A stretch of 64,000 nt of DNA from Fimbriimonadia bacterium (lineage in GTDB: Bacteria > Armatimonadota > Fimbriimonadia > Fimbriimonadales > JABRVX01): NCBI GenBank assembly GCA_041483895.1, contig JBGPGO010000006.1:96001-160000 (forward strand). The letters run 5' to 3'. The first letter of the stretch is position 1; the number at the start of each line of letters is the position of its first letter. Shown one piece after another: positions 10,093 through 18,467 of this stretch. The position numbers and the translations under genes are program-made. The notes under the pieces are model-generated. The model had not been told where the DNA came from and searched no databases. It saw only the letters and a program-made list of their open reading frames with translations.

Positions 10093-10188
10093 CTGTCATT
10101 CCGAAGCGGAGCGAGGAATCCCTTTCAAAAGCCCCCGCCTACTGAAACCGTTCTGAAAGGGATTCCTCGCTCCGCTTCGGAATGACAG
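10093..10188. repeat. Long palindrome of the GTCATTCCG...CGGAATGAC family, copy 1
   Basis: 35-bp perfect inverted repeat 10093-10127/10154-10188 with extra half-sites on both sides; related copy at 21771-21884. Confidence 0.85.
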
Positions 10189-10243
10189 TAGGAATGACAG
10201 CAAGCCGCCGGTCGAGCGAACCGGCGGCCTGTAGCCAAATGAG

Positions 10244-10501
10244 CTAGTTCATGGACAGGTAATCAGTCGCCTCGTCGAAAAGCTCCTGCTCCAGCTCCGC
10301 GATGCTGGGCTCTTCCTCAATCGGCACGTGGCTTGGCCGGGGGCCGAATGGCAGCATATTCCCCCATGTGGTCAGAGGCATGGCGACCGCCTCCGGCAAA
10401 TCTGACAGGCCCTCATCCATTTCCGGCGTTTCCAGGGGTTCGCCGGGTTCCATCACACCATCCAAATCATAGCTTTTACGTTCATCTTCCCCAAACATCA
10501 T
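10244..10501 (-). CDS. Small acidic hypothetical protein
   Basis: Strong SD ggggaggtgg; upstream TTGACA-N17-GACAAT; Glu/Asp/Pro-rich. Confidence 0.6.
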   Translation of the reverse strand: MMFGEDERKSYDLDGVMEPGEPLETPEMDEGLSDLPEAVAMPLTTWGNMLPFGPRPSHVPIEEEPSIAELEQELFDEATDYLSMN

Positions 10502-10525
10502 CCACCTCCCCGAAACATACCCCCA

Positions 10526-10554
10526 ATTGTCACCGCGAACCGCCGAAATGTCAA
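10526..10554 (-). promoter_or_regulatory. Sigma70-like promoter
   Basis: Minus strand reads TTGACA-N17-GACAAT upstream of the 10244-10501 ORF. Confidence 0.55.
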
Positions 10555-10763
10555 ATGAAAAAGTTCCCGAGAACTACCAGGTTATGTGGGTCAATGGGTA
10601 AATCCTGTGTAGCATAACATAGATACGAATTCCGGGGGGAGGTGGTAGCAGGCACAGAGAGAACCGTGAGGTTCGGGAGGTGGCAGGTTGGGACTGGGTG
10701 TATGAGTTGCCGGTATCTATGCGGTGGGTGCATCCAAACATGGCAGGCACCAACGCAATTTGG

Positions 10764-11102
10764 CTAGTGACGGAGGAACGATAACAAGAGGCATATCCCA
10801 ACTGTCAATAGCAGTACACCGATACAACTCAGCCCATGGCGTCGTCGGGCCGATTCTCTCCAACGGCTATCCGTGTAGTAGGGTGGTGGTTGTGAGTAGA
10901 CTTCCAGGACTTGAACGTCTAGTAGCTCCACGATAAGGCGTACAGGTCTTCCCAACGCATCCCAAATCCGGATGGAGGAGTCGCTGTCCGTATTGTGATT
11001 CTCAAGAGCGAAAGCCAGCTGGTCTTCATCAACGATTTTGGTAGGACGCAATAACCATCCCTCAACAGTCAACGGATACTGTGGCGCCTGATCCAGGTTC
11101 AT
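10764..11102 (-). CDS. Hypothetical protein with C-terminal TM helix
   Basis: ORF in a lower-GC patch; hydrophobic C-terminus. Confidence 0.4.
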   Translation of the reverse strand: MNLDQAPQYPLTVEGWLLRPTKIVDEDQLAFALENHNTDSDSSIRIWDALGRPVRLIVELLDVQVLEVYSQPPPYYTDSRWRESARRRHGLSCIGVLLLTVGICLLLSFLRH

Positions 11103-11282
11103 CGGTGAAATGACCCTCGCAATCGGTCTTTCGGGCTGCTCATCATATTTTCATCCCTCAACTGGTCCTCCTGTTGAGGGGCGTTCGGCAACCACCTCGG
11201 CTATCAAGAGAAGAGCTTTGAATTCCTCCACCATCACAATTGTGGAGGATGCGGATCGAGGAAATCGATGTCATTCGCAAAA

Positions 11283-12227
11283 TTAACCGTCCTTCCGATT
11301 TGGCTTTCTGAACAAGTAGTGGCCGGCGGCGGTGCGCAGGTCTTCGTCCGTCGCGTTTCTGTGGCATTTGGCCAGTCGGTTGCGCGGTAGACCGGGCGAC
11401 CCCTGCATTACATCGGGACCGTCCGTGTATACATCATGCGGAAGTATCTTTCGTCGCAGGCAGATGAGCTCAAATCCTGCCTCTTCAAAGATGGTAATAA
11501 TCTCGGCGGGAAGAAGGCGGTTGTGATAGAGCAGTTTGTGGCCGAATAGGGCGGAGTAGGTCGCATGAGAATAGGCCAGATGGTTTAGGAATGGCAGTTT
11601 TGGGTCCGCATGAAATAGATGATCTCGGTGATCGAATACATGCGATGCAACGCCGCCCGGTTGGAGTATCTGATGTTGTTCTCGAACGAATTCGCGCAGG
11701 ACTTCGGGACGATAATGTTCCAATACGCCGCCGGTATGACATAGATCGACAGATTCCGATTCGATCGGAATTTCTGCCGCGGAGTTGCCGTGGATGTATT
11801 TTCCACCAATCGATTCGATAGCATTCAGCGCCGTATCCGACCACCGCAGCGCCTCGATGGCATCCCGGCGCTCTTGGGTCCCGACGCCGAGCGAAAGTGC
11901 GCCGTTGACGCCGCGGGCAAGGTACCGATCCTGCAAGCGGGCATCGAAATTTGTGACGATGCCGGCGTTTCTCGTGTACAGATATGCCGCGAAAAACGGG
12001 AACGGAGTCCAACCGCCTTCATGAGTCCAGATCGTCAGCCCCTCCAATTCCAAACCACAGCGCTCGGTCCAGACCTTGACATAATTTGGCCAGACGCGGG
12101 CCAGCTTATCGACGTGAGTAGCTTGCGTGCCCAGATGCTTGCGCGTGAGCTCGCGATAAACGTGCGCGCCTCCGGGCAATCTGCCAAATGCCCCCAGAGC
12201 CGCTGCCTTTGCCATAGCCCGGATCAT
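11283..12227 (-). CDS. Class I SAM-dependent methyltransferase-like protein
   Basis: IPIESESVDLCHTGGVLEH..ILQPGG motifs; 4-nt overlap with the vanW-like gene. Confidence 0.75.
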   Translation of the reverse strand: MIRAMAKAAALGAFGRLPGGAHVYRELTRKHLGTQATHVDKLARVWPNYVKVWTERCGLELEGLTIWTHEGGWTPFPFFAAYLYTRNAGIVTNFDARLQDRYLARGVNGALSLGVGTQERRDAIEALRWSDTALNAIESIGGKYIHGNSAAEIPIESESVDLCHTGGVLEHYRPEVLREFVREQHQILQPGGVASHVFDHRDHLFHADPKLPFLNHLAYSHATYSALFGHKLLYHNRLLPAEIITIFEEAGFELICLRRKILPHDVYTDGPDVMQGSPGLPRNRLAKCHRNATDEDLRTAAGHYLFRKPNRKDG

Positions 12228-13081
12228 GTGACATCCCCAGGCGGATCGTATAACACTTTCGCGACGTTATGCGAAACCTCTTGATCGAGCAGAATCCTAC
12301 CATCGGGCCGGATGAACCTTCGCCGAATCCGATTCTCGCGTATCCAACCGTCGTCAGTCTTGTGATATCCGTGTTCGGTCTCGTACACTTCCGCGTTCCA
12401 GCCGGGATCTTCTACGGCTCGCAATTCTCCCACCAGATATCCGTCTTGGATGCCGATGGATATCATGACAGGTTGCGTAAGTGGGTTTTCGAAGCGGAAA
12501 TCGGCGTAGTTGTAGAATACGGTTGCGCCGCAAGCAAACGGAACGGTGCGACGCTCATCGGGAAACATATCAAAGCCATGCCGATGCCGCTCGACAATGC
12601 GCATACCGCCGAATACCGCCAGCACGTAGAGCATGTTGGATACCTGACAACAGCCGCCGCCAACTCCTTTCGATTGCTGTCCTGCGTGCAGCTCCAGACC
12701 CATGCGAAATCCGCGCAGTCGCGTGGTTCGACCGACCGCGTGATGGTAGGAAAAAATCTGATACGGCTGGATGACCAGCCCATTTAGCATCGATGCGGCG
12801 AGGGCAACGTTGCGTTCTTTTCCTATTTGCAGCTTTTCGTCGTACACCGCCACCTGCCGGCGCAAGGGAGAACGATAAGTGGAAAGCTGATGCCGAAAGT
12901 TTGCGGCGTCCCGGCGATCGTGGGCGATGGAGTGGGACTCCAGTAGCCATCCGGGCAGCCGGCGCAGGCGCAACAGTTCCGCCCTTACCGGAAAGGGCAG
13001 CAGCGATCGAGCGGCTTGGTGGAGTGTCATTGATTTTACCTGTGCCGATGTCGTTGTACCCGATAAGAAGGGGCCCTTCAC
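12224..13081 (-). CDS. VanW family protein
   Basis: NVALAASMLNGLVIQP..FSY..GVGGGCCQVSNMLY..ERHRH..ATVFYNYADFRFEN; start uncertain. Confidence 0.85.
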   Translation of the reverse strand: MKGPFLSGTTTSAQVKSMTLHQAARSLLPFPVRAELLRLRRLPGWLLESHSIAHDRRDAANFRHQLSTYRSPLRRQVAVYDEKLQIGKERNVALAASMLNGLVIQPYQIFSYHHAVGRTTRLRGFRMGLELHAGQQSKGVGGGCCQVSNMLYVLAVFGGMRIVERHRHGFDMFPDERRTVPFACGATVFYNYADFRFENPLTQPVMISIGIQDGYLVGELRAVEDPGWNAEVYETEHGYHKTDDGWIRENRIRRRFIRPDGRILLDQEVSHNVAKVLYDPPGDVT

Positions 13082-13157
13082 AGTGCGACTGTGAAGGGAT
13101 GTCTAACAAGAGGCCGTAGGAGGGCATGCTAGCAACGTATCAGATCCAATGAGTTTA

Positions 13158-13838
13158 CTAACGGTGAATGACTTTGGTTGCGGTTGCTGTATTTGGACGC
13201 CCCACTTTTCTCCCGCCGTATTGAAGATAATCACACTCCCAGTTATTGCTTATATCCATGCTCATCTTGATCGCGGAAATACCGCCGGTGTTAATCACGC
13301 CGAAGAATCGGTCCTCGCCCGTTTCTCCAGTGACATACCCATTATCCAACTGGAACGGTCCATACAGTCCCAATGAATTGCCATTCTTGTCGAATGCCTC
13401 GAACGTTACGTAATCGCCACCCACCCACCCCGAGCGGACGTCCGTAAAGACGAGCCCAGCATGTGTCGGAAGGGCTCCAAGCACGTTTTTATTGAATGCA
13501 AATGTGATAGACTTCACGCCGTTGGGAAAACCCGACCACCAGGAATGGCCATTTTGACCAGAACCGTCGATGGAACCGTCATCCGCATCCACCGAATCAG
13601 TAAAGGGGCCCGGACCCATAATAAATCCACCCGACGCGGTCACGCCGGGCGTATTCAATGCGCCGTCTTCGAAGTTTTCAAGATAGAAGTAACCTAAGTT
13701 GTTCCCATAAAATGGGCTGTCGGAGAACTGGAGATAAGGTGACGGCCCCAGGTAAGCTGACGGACTGGCTAAGCACGGGACGCCCATAGCGAGGGCAAAC
13801 GCGGACGCGACTAAAACCCTGTTGAAACGATAGAACAT
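13158..13838 (-). CDS. Secreted Gly/Asp-rich protein resembling PEP-CTERM cargo proteins
   Basis: SD aggagga; signal peptide; GPSPYLQFSDSPF..LENFEDG..DSVDADDG..EDRFFG. Confidence 0.65.
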   Translation of the reverse strand: MFYRFNRVLVASAFALAMGVPCLASPSAYLGPSPYLQFSDSPFYGNNLGYFYLENFEDGALNTPGVTASGGFIMGPGPFTDSVDADDGSIDGSGQNGHSWWSGFPNGVKSITFAFNKNVLGALPTHAGLVFTDVRSGWVGGDYVTFEAFDKNGNSLGLYGPFQLDNGYVTGETGEDRFFGVINTGGISAIKMSMDISNNWECDYLQYGGRKVGRPNTATATKVIHR

Positions 13839-13972
13839 TAGAATCCTCCTCTTCAATCCCATCCATGCAGTACAGTGCTTGTAGGCATTATAACCGGGTA
13901 TTGGGCAGTTGGCGACGGCTATTTTGGTCCGGAGCGAAAAATGTTGAGTCCGGTATCATATCACCCACCGCC

Positions 13973-15298
13973 ATGAAGTACAAGGTCGTAACCTGGGGAT
14001 GTCAGATGAACGAGGAGGACAGCGAACAGATATCGCTGTTCCTCGACGAGGCCGGGTACCAGCCTGCCGCGGGGCTGGAGGACGCCCAGGTGGTGGTGCT
14101 CAACACCTGCTCCGTGCGCGCCAAGCCGGAGGACAAGGCCTTTTCCCTGCTCGGCGAGCTGCGGGAGATCAAGCTGGAGCGGCCAGACATGGTGATCGGC
14201 GTCGCGGGCTGCATGGCGCAGGTGAAGGCCGCGGAGATACGGCGGCGCGCTCCGCATGTGGATTTTGTGGTCGGCACCGGCGATATCGGAATCATTCCTT
14301 CTTTGGTGACCGAGGCGCTGCAGACGCGGCGCTTCGCCATCCGCACCGAACTGCCGGAGCGGAAGGGCGCCATCGTGACCGACGTGCCGCGGCGGGCTGT
14401 GGGCCGCGCGCCGAAATTGAAGGCGTTCGTGCCGATCCAATATGGCTGCGATAAGTTTTGCACGTTTTGCATCGTCCCGATGACGCGCGGGCGGGAGCGG
14501 AGCCGGCCGACCAGCGAGATATTGGACGAGATTCGGGCGCTGGCGGATCAGGGGACGAAAGAGGTAACGCTGCTCGGCCAGACGGTCAATAGTTACGGCA
14601 AGAATTTGTTGGAGGGGCGGGTGCCGTTCGCGCGGCTGCTGCGGCAGATTGCTGCCATACCGGGCATCGAACGGATTCGATACACGTCGCCGTATCCGCG
14701 CGATTTTTCGAAGGAATTGATCGAGACGATTCGGGATGTGCCGGAGGTGATGGAGCACGTGCATCTGCCGGTGCAGTCGGGCGATGACGACATGCTGCAG
14801 GCGATGCGGCGGGTGTATTCGGTGTCCTCCTATGAACGAATCGTCACTGATCTGCGCGAGGCGGTGCCGTGGGTATCGATCACGACGGATATCATCGTGG
14901 GTTTTCCTGGGGAGACCGAGGAGCAGTTCTCCAACACGCTTGCGTTAATGGACCGGACACGATTCGATGGGGCGTTTATGTTTGCATATTCCATCCGCGA
15001 GGGGACTCCGGCGGGGGGGATGTCCGAGCAGGTCCCGCGCCCGGTCAAGGCGGAGCGATTGAATCGGTTGATCGCGTTGCAGAATTCGATTACTTCCGCG
15101 AAGAATCAGTCGCTGGTTGGGGAGAGGTTTGAGGTTTTGGTGGAGGGGCCATCGAAGAAGGATGCGTCCATGATGGCGGGGTATTCGCGGGAGTTCCGGA
15201 TGATGCATTTTCCAGCATCCTCGTCCCGCGCGGGGCGGCTTGCTTCTGTTCGTGCGACGTTGGGTTACTTGTGGGGGATGACGGGGGAGGTTGTCTGA
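13973..15298 (+). CDS. miaB: tRNA-i6A37 methylthiotransferase
   Basis: GCQMNEEDSE, NTCSVR, GCMAQ, radical SAM CDKFCTFC, RGRERSR, TRAM-like C-terminus. Confidence 0.93.
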   Translation: MKYKVVTWGCQMNEEDSEQISLFLDEAGYQPAAGLEDAQVVVLNTCSVRAKPEDKAFSLLGELREIKLERPDMVIGVAGCMAQVKAAEIRRRAPHVDFVVGTGDIGIIPSLVTEALQTRRFAIRTELPERKGAIVTDVPRRAVGRAPKLKAFVPIQYGCDKFCTFCIVPMTRGRERSRPTSEILDEIRALADQGTKEVTLLGQTVNSYGKNLLEGRVPFARLLRQIAAIPGIERIRYTSPYPRDFSKELIETIRDVPEVMEHVHLPVQSGDDDMLQAMRRVYSVSSYERIVTDLREAVPWVSITTDIIVGFPGETEEQFSNTLALMDRTRFDGAFMFAYSIREGTPAGGMSEQVPRPVKAERLNRLIALQNSITSAKNQSLVGERFEVLVEGPSKKDASMMAGYSREFRMMHFPASSSRAGRLASVRATLGYLWGMTGEVV

Positions 15299-15304
15299 TT
15301 CTCT

Positions 15305-15438
15305 GTGTTTGGGTCTTTGGATTTGAGTAATTGGTGAGTGGTCGGCGGGCGAGGACCCGAACACAGCGGGGTTGCTTTCGTGTTTGGGTCTTGGTTGCTG
15401 GCGGGTGATGAGTGGTTGGAGATAGTGAACCCAAACAC
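15305..15438 (+). repeat. Two 59-60 bp hairpins of the RAYT-flanking family
   Basis: GTGTTTGGGTC..GACCCGAACAC at 15305-15364 and GTGTTTGGGTC..GAACCCAAACAC at 15380-15438. Confidence 0.8.
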
Positions 15439-15442
15439 ATCG

Positions 15443-15505
15443 AGGACATATCGGACGAATAGGACATATTGGTCGTATAGGTCGTATAGGTCCTATAAGT
15501 CCTAT
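15443..15505. repeat. Degenerate 9-bp tandem array that flips orientation
   Basis: AGGACATAT-type units followed by ATAGGTCGT/ATAGGTCCT units. Confidence 0.75.
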
Positions 15506-15712
15506 TGGGTTCTCTGCGCAGAAGAAGGGCGGTCCATGCACTGGGCCGCCCCGATGTCCTCCCTTCCCCAGCGGTAAACCGGGGAAGCCGTGTCAGCAAG
15601 TTTTCTCTGGACTCTGCAAGGTGATGACTCGCACCCTGCACCATTACAGATGCAGCGACGCAGCCACGGGGTACGGGCACGGGCAAATGGTCCTAGGCAG
15701 TACAATGGCGCC

Positions 15713-16651
15713 ATGGCGCTAATCATCACGCGAGAAGATGTCGAACGGTTGCTCCCCATGCGCGATGCCATTGCGGCGGTAGCGCGCGGATTCCAACTGG
15801 TGAGCGAAGGCAAGGTAGTGATGCCTGCGAGGCTGGCAACACCCGTAGGCGATGGCGTGCATCTGTCCATGCCGTGCTATGTTCCTGGCGAGGCGCTCAC
15901 GGTGAAGGTGGTGACGTTGCTACCCGGCCAGCCGATCCGCGCGACGGTGCTTTTGCATGACATTGCGACCGGCGAGGTGCTCGCAATCATCGATGGCGAA
16001 TCTTTTACGGCGATTCGGACGGGCGCAGCATCCGGGGTTGCCACTCAACACTTGGCCCGGGCGGACGCAAAGGTGTTGACTCTGTTTGGCGCGGGAACCC
16101 AGGCGGCTACACAGTTGGAGGCCGTGTGCGCGGTTCGGAAAGTCAATCAGGTCTTCGTCGTGAGTCTGGAGAATGCGGGGCCGTTTTGCGATCGAATGTC
16201 GCGGAAATTTGCGATCGATGTTGCCCCGGCCGGCGATGTGAAGGACGCGGTGGAGGCGGCGGATATCATCTGCACGGCGACCAACTCTCCCACTCCGGTG
16301 TTTCGCGGCGAGTGGCTGCGGCCGGGGACTCATATCAACGCCATCGGCGCATTCACGCCAGCCACAAGAGAATTGGACACCGAGACGATTCGCCGGAGCA
16401 AAGTTCTTGTCGACAGCCGCGCGGCATCGGGGATCGAAGCCGGGGATATTCTGATCCCACGATCGCAAGGCGTCGATGTGAATGTGACAGAGATCGGCGA
16501 AGTCATCATGGGCAAATACAATGGCCGCAAATCGGAAGATGAAATCACCGTCTTCAAATCCGTCGGCATCGCCGTGCAAGACGCGCTAACGGCAAAACTG
16601 GTCTTCGAATCGAAAGCGGACCGGCGGGGAACCGGTCCGCAAAAGAACTAA
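15713..16651 (+). CDS. Ornithine cyclodeaminase / mu-crystallin family protein
   Basis: TAIRTGAASGVAT, FGAGTQA, ADIICTATNS, GTHINAIGA, FKSVGIAVQD. Confidence 0.92.
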   Translation: MALIITREDVERLLPMRDAIAAVARGFQLVSEGKVVMPARLATPVGDGVHLSMPCYVPGEALTVKVVTLLPGQPIRATVLLHDIATGEVLAIIDGESFTAIRTGAASGVATQHLARADAKVLTLFGAGTQAATQLEAVCAVRKVNQVFVVSLENAGPFCDRMSRKFAIDVAPAGDVKDAVEAADIICTATNSPTPVFRGEWLRPGTHINAIGAFTPATRELDTETIRRSKVLVDSRAASGIEAGDILIPRSQGVDVNVTEIGEVIMGKYNGRKSEDEITVFKSVGIAVQDALTAKLVFESKADRRGTGPQKN

Positions 16652-16663
16652 CGTTGGAAAACT

Positions 16664-16861
16664 CTACTTCGCTTCAGGAACCTTGAGGGAATTGTAAGTG
16701 GCTTCGTTCACGAACTTGAACAGCTTGGTGCCATTGACTTCGGCGGTCACTGCGTAGCGGACCTGTTTGCCCTTCGCAGTCTTTCGCTCCATTTTGGTCT
16801 TCTTTATCTGGTTCTCCGGCACTTCCACCGATTCTCGAGTCTTGACGTTATAAAACTGCAT
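16664..16861 (-). CDS. Small basic protein (65 aa), Cc1/DUF5679-like putative chromatin protein
   Basis: SD ggaggg; MQFYNVKTRESVEV..KTAKG..RYAVTAEVNGTKLFKFV; Lys-rich. Confidence 0.65.
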   Translation of the reverse strand: MQFYNVKTRESVEVPENQIKKTKMERKTAKGKQVRYAVTAEVNGTKLFKFVNEATYNSLKVPEAK

Positions 16862-17135
16862 GGCGCCTATGCCCTCCGTGTTATTAATTGTCGCCGGGGA
16901 AGCCATTTTGGGGCCGCTCCACGAACTCAAGCCGAACGAGCTTCCTCAGCGTTCGTTAGCGATACCCGTTCCTTGAGGCTAGATGCAAGCCTTGCCGGTG
17001 TTGAAAAGCCACATTCTGCCGATTCCGTTCAAAAATGATATGAATTTGTAAGTTTTGCCCACTTTTCTTGTTCCCAAGGCCATGCCGCACCGAGTTCGGG
17101 CCGGAGGGATTAAGGTACAAAGGCGGGCGGACAAT

Positions 17136-18335
17136 ATGCAACGCATAATCACTCTGCTTTTGGGACTTTTGATCGCGCACGTCGCCGGCGCAGCCGATCA
17201 GATCCGGCCGATTCGCGTGTGGCTCAAGACCCTCGGCGAATGCCGCGCGCTGACCGCCTCCGCCGAGCAGGGATTCCTGGTGCGCGATGCGGACGGCGCA
17301 AAAGTCGCCCGCATACTGCCCGGCCAATCGCTTCCCATCTCCATGCAGTCGACTGCGATTCTCGTTCGCATTGCGGGAAAACAGAAGCCGGTATCGAACG
17401 CGACGCTGACGCCGTTGGCGGGTGGCGTAACGCTGACTGTGGGCGGGCGCAAGGCGATCTACCGCGGCTGGCTCGATGTTACCGTTGTTAAAGGAAAGCT
17501 CCGAATCATCAACGAGGTCGCCGTCGAATCGTATCTGCTGGGAGTGGTGCCCGCCGAGATGCCGAGCAAGTATCCGGCGGATGCAATTCGCGCGCAGGCA
17601 ATTGTCGCCCGGACGTTCGCGCTCAAACGAATGTGCGGGTCATTTGCGCGTGATTTCGATATCACGGATGGCGATGGCAGCCAGGTTTATCTCGGCATGG
17701 GAGCGGAAAAGCCGGAGAGCACGCAGGCGGTATTCGAATCTGCCGGGCTTGTGCTCATCTGCGACGATGGGTATTGCGATGCGGTGTACAGCGCGGATTG
17801 CGGAGGATTTACAGCGGCGGCGGATGAGGTGGGATTTGGATCGAAGCAGCCGTATCTTTCCGGCGTTTGCGATACGGGACCGGATGGCGATTTTTGCGCC
17901 GGCACGCTGGATCATGAATGGACCGTGGACGTGCCCGCGGATCGATGGGCCACCGTGCTCAAACAGCTTGGATTTTCTGTCGGCAAATTGAAATCGATTG
18001 CGGTCACCAAGACCGGGCCGAGCGGTCGCGCGCAGCAGGTGCATGTCGAAGGCGCGGCAAAGAGCGTGGACGTTTCCGGCGTCGCGATTCGAAAGGCGAT
18101 GGGTTATGACGTTGTGAAGAGCACTCTCTTTAGCATTGAAAAGACCGATGGCGGATGGGCGATTAACGGCAAGGGGCATGGGCATGGCGTTGGGCTTTGC
18201 CAGCACGGCGCGGCGGGGCGGGCCAAGGCCGGCCAGTCGTATGCCCAAATCCTGGCCGCCTACTTCCCGGGGGCGCGCCTGTTGCGAGCCGACCCCGATC
18301 CACGCTTAGCGCTGCCGGTAACCCCGTTCCCGTGA
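17136..18335 (+). CDS. SpoIID/LytB domain peptidoglycan lytic transglycosylase-like protein
   Basis: YRG, NEVAVESYLLGVVPAEMP, AQAIVART, SQVY, GHGHGVGLCQHGA. Confidence 0.92.
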   Translation: MQRIITLLLGLLIAHVAGAADQIRPIRVWLKTLGECRALTASAEQGFLVRDADGAKVARILPGQSLPISMQSTAILVRIAGKQKPVSNATLTPLAGGVTLTVGGRKAIYRGWLDVTVVKGKLRIINEVAVESYLLGVVPAEMPSKYPADAIRAQAIVARTFALKRMCGSFARDFDITDGDGSQVYLGMGAEKPESTQAVFESAGLVLICDDGYCDAVYSADCGGFTAAADEVGFGSKQPYLSGVCDTGPDGDFCAGTLDHEWTVDVPADRWATVLKQLGFSVGKLKSIAVTKTGPSGRAQQVHVEGAAKSVDVSGVAIRKAMGYDVVKSTLFSIEKTDGGWAINGKGHGHGVGLCQHGAAGRAKAGQSYAQILAAYFPGARLLRADPDPRLALPVTPFP

Positions 18336-18361
18336 TCTGTCGCAGGTATAATGCCGCATTC

Positions 18362-18445
18362 GCCCAGGTGGTGAAATGGTAGACACGAGGGACTTAAAAT
18401 CCCTTGAGGCGACTCGTGCGGGTTCGAGTCCCGCCCTGGGCACCA
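18362..18445 (+). tRNA. tRNA-Leu (anticodon TAA)
   Basis: GCCCAGG/CCTGGGC acceptor stem, AGGGA-CTTAAAA-TCCCT anticodon arm, long variable arm, GGTTCGAGTCC T-arm, encoded CCA; TATAAT just upstream. Confidence 0.96.
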
Positions 18446-18467
18446 GGTCCAGATCAGGAATTCTTCT

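Noticed and set aside
12224..13081. Vancomycin resistance cluster
   Set aside because: Only a VanW domain is present, without vanHAX or vanRS.
15560..15640. Guanidine-I (ykkC) riboswitch or twister ribozyme on the minus strand
   Set aside because: Only short fragments (GTCCAGAGAAAAC, ACACGG) resemble the consensus; the key conserved segments are missing.
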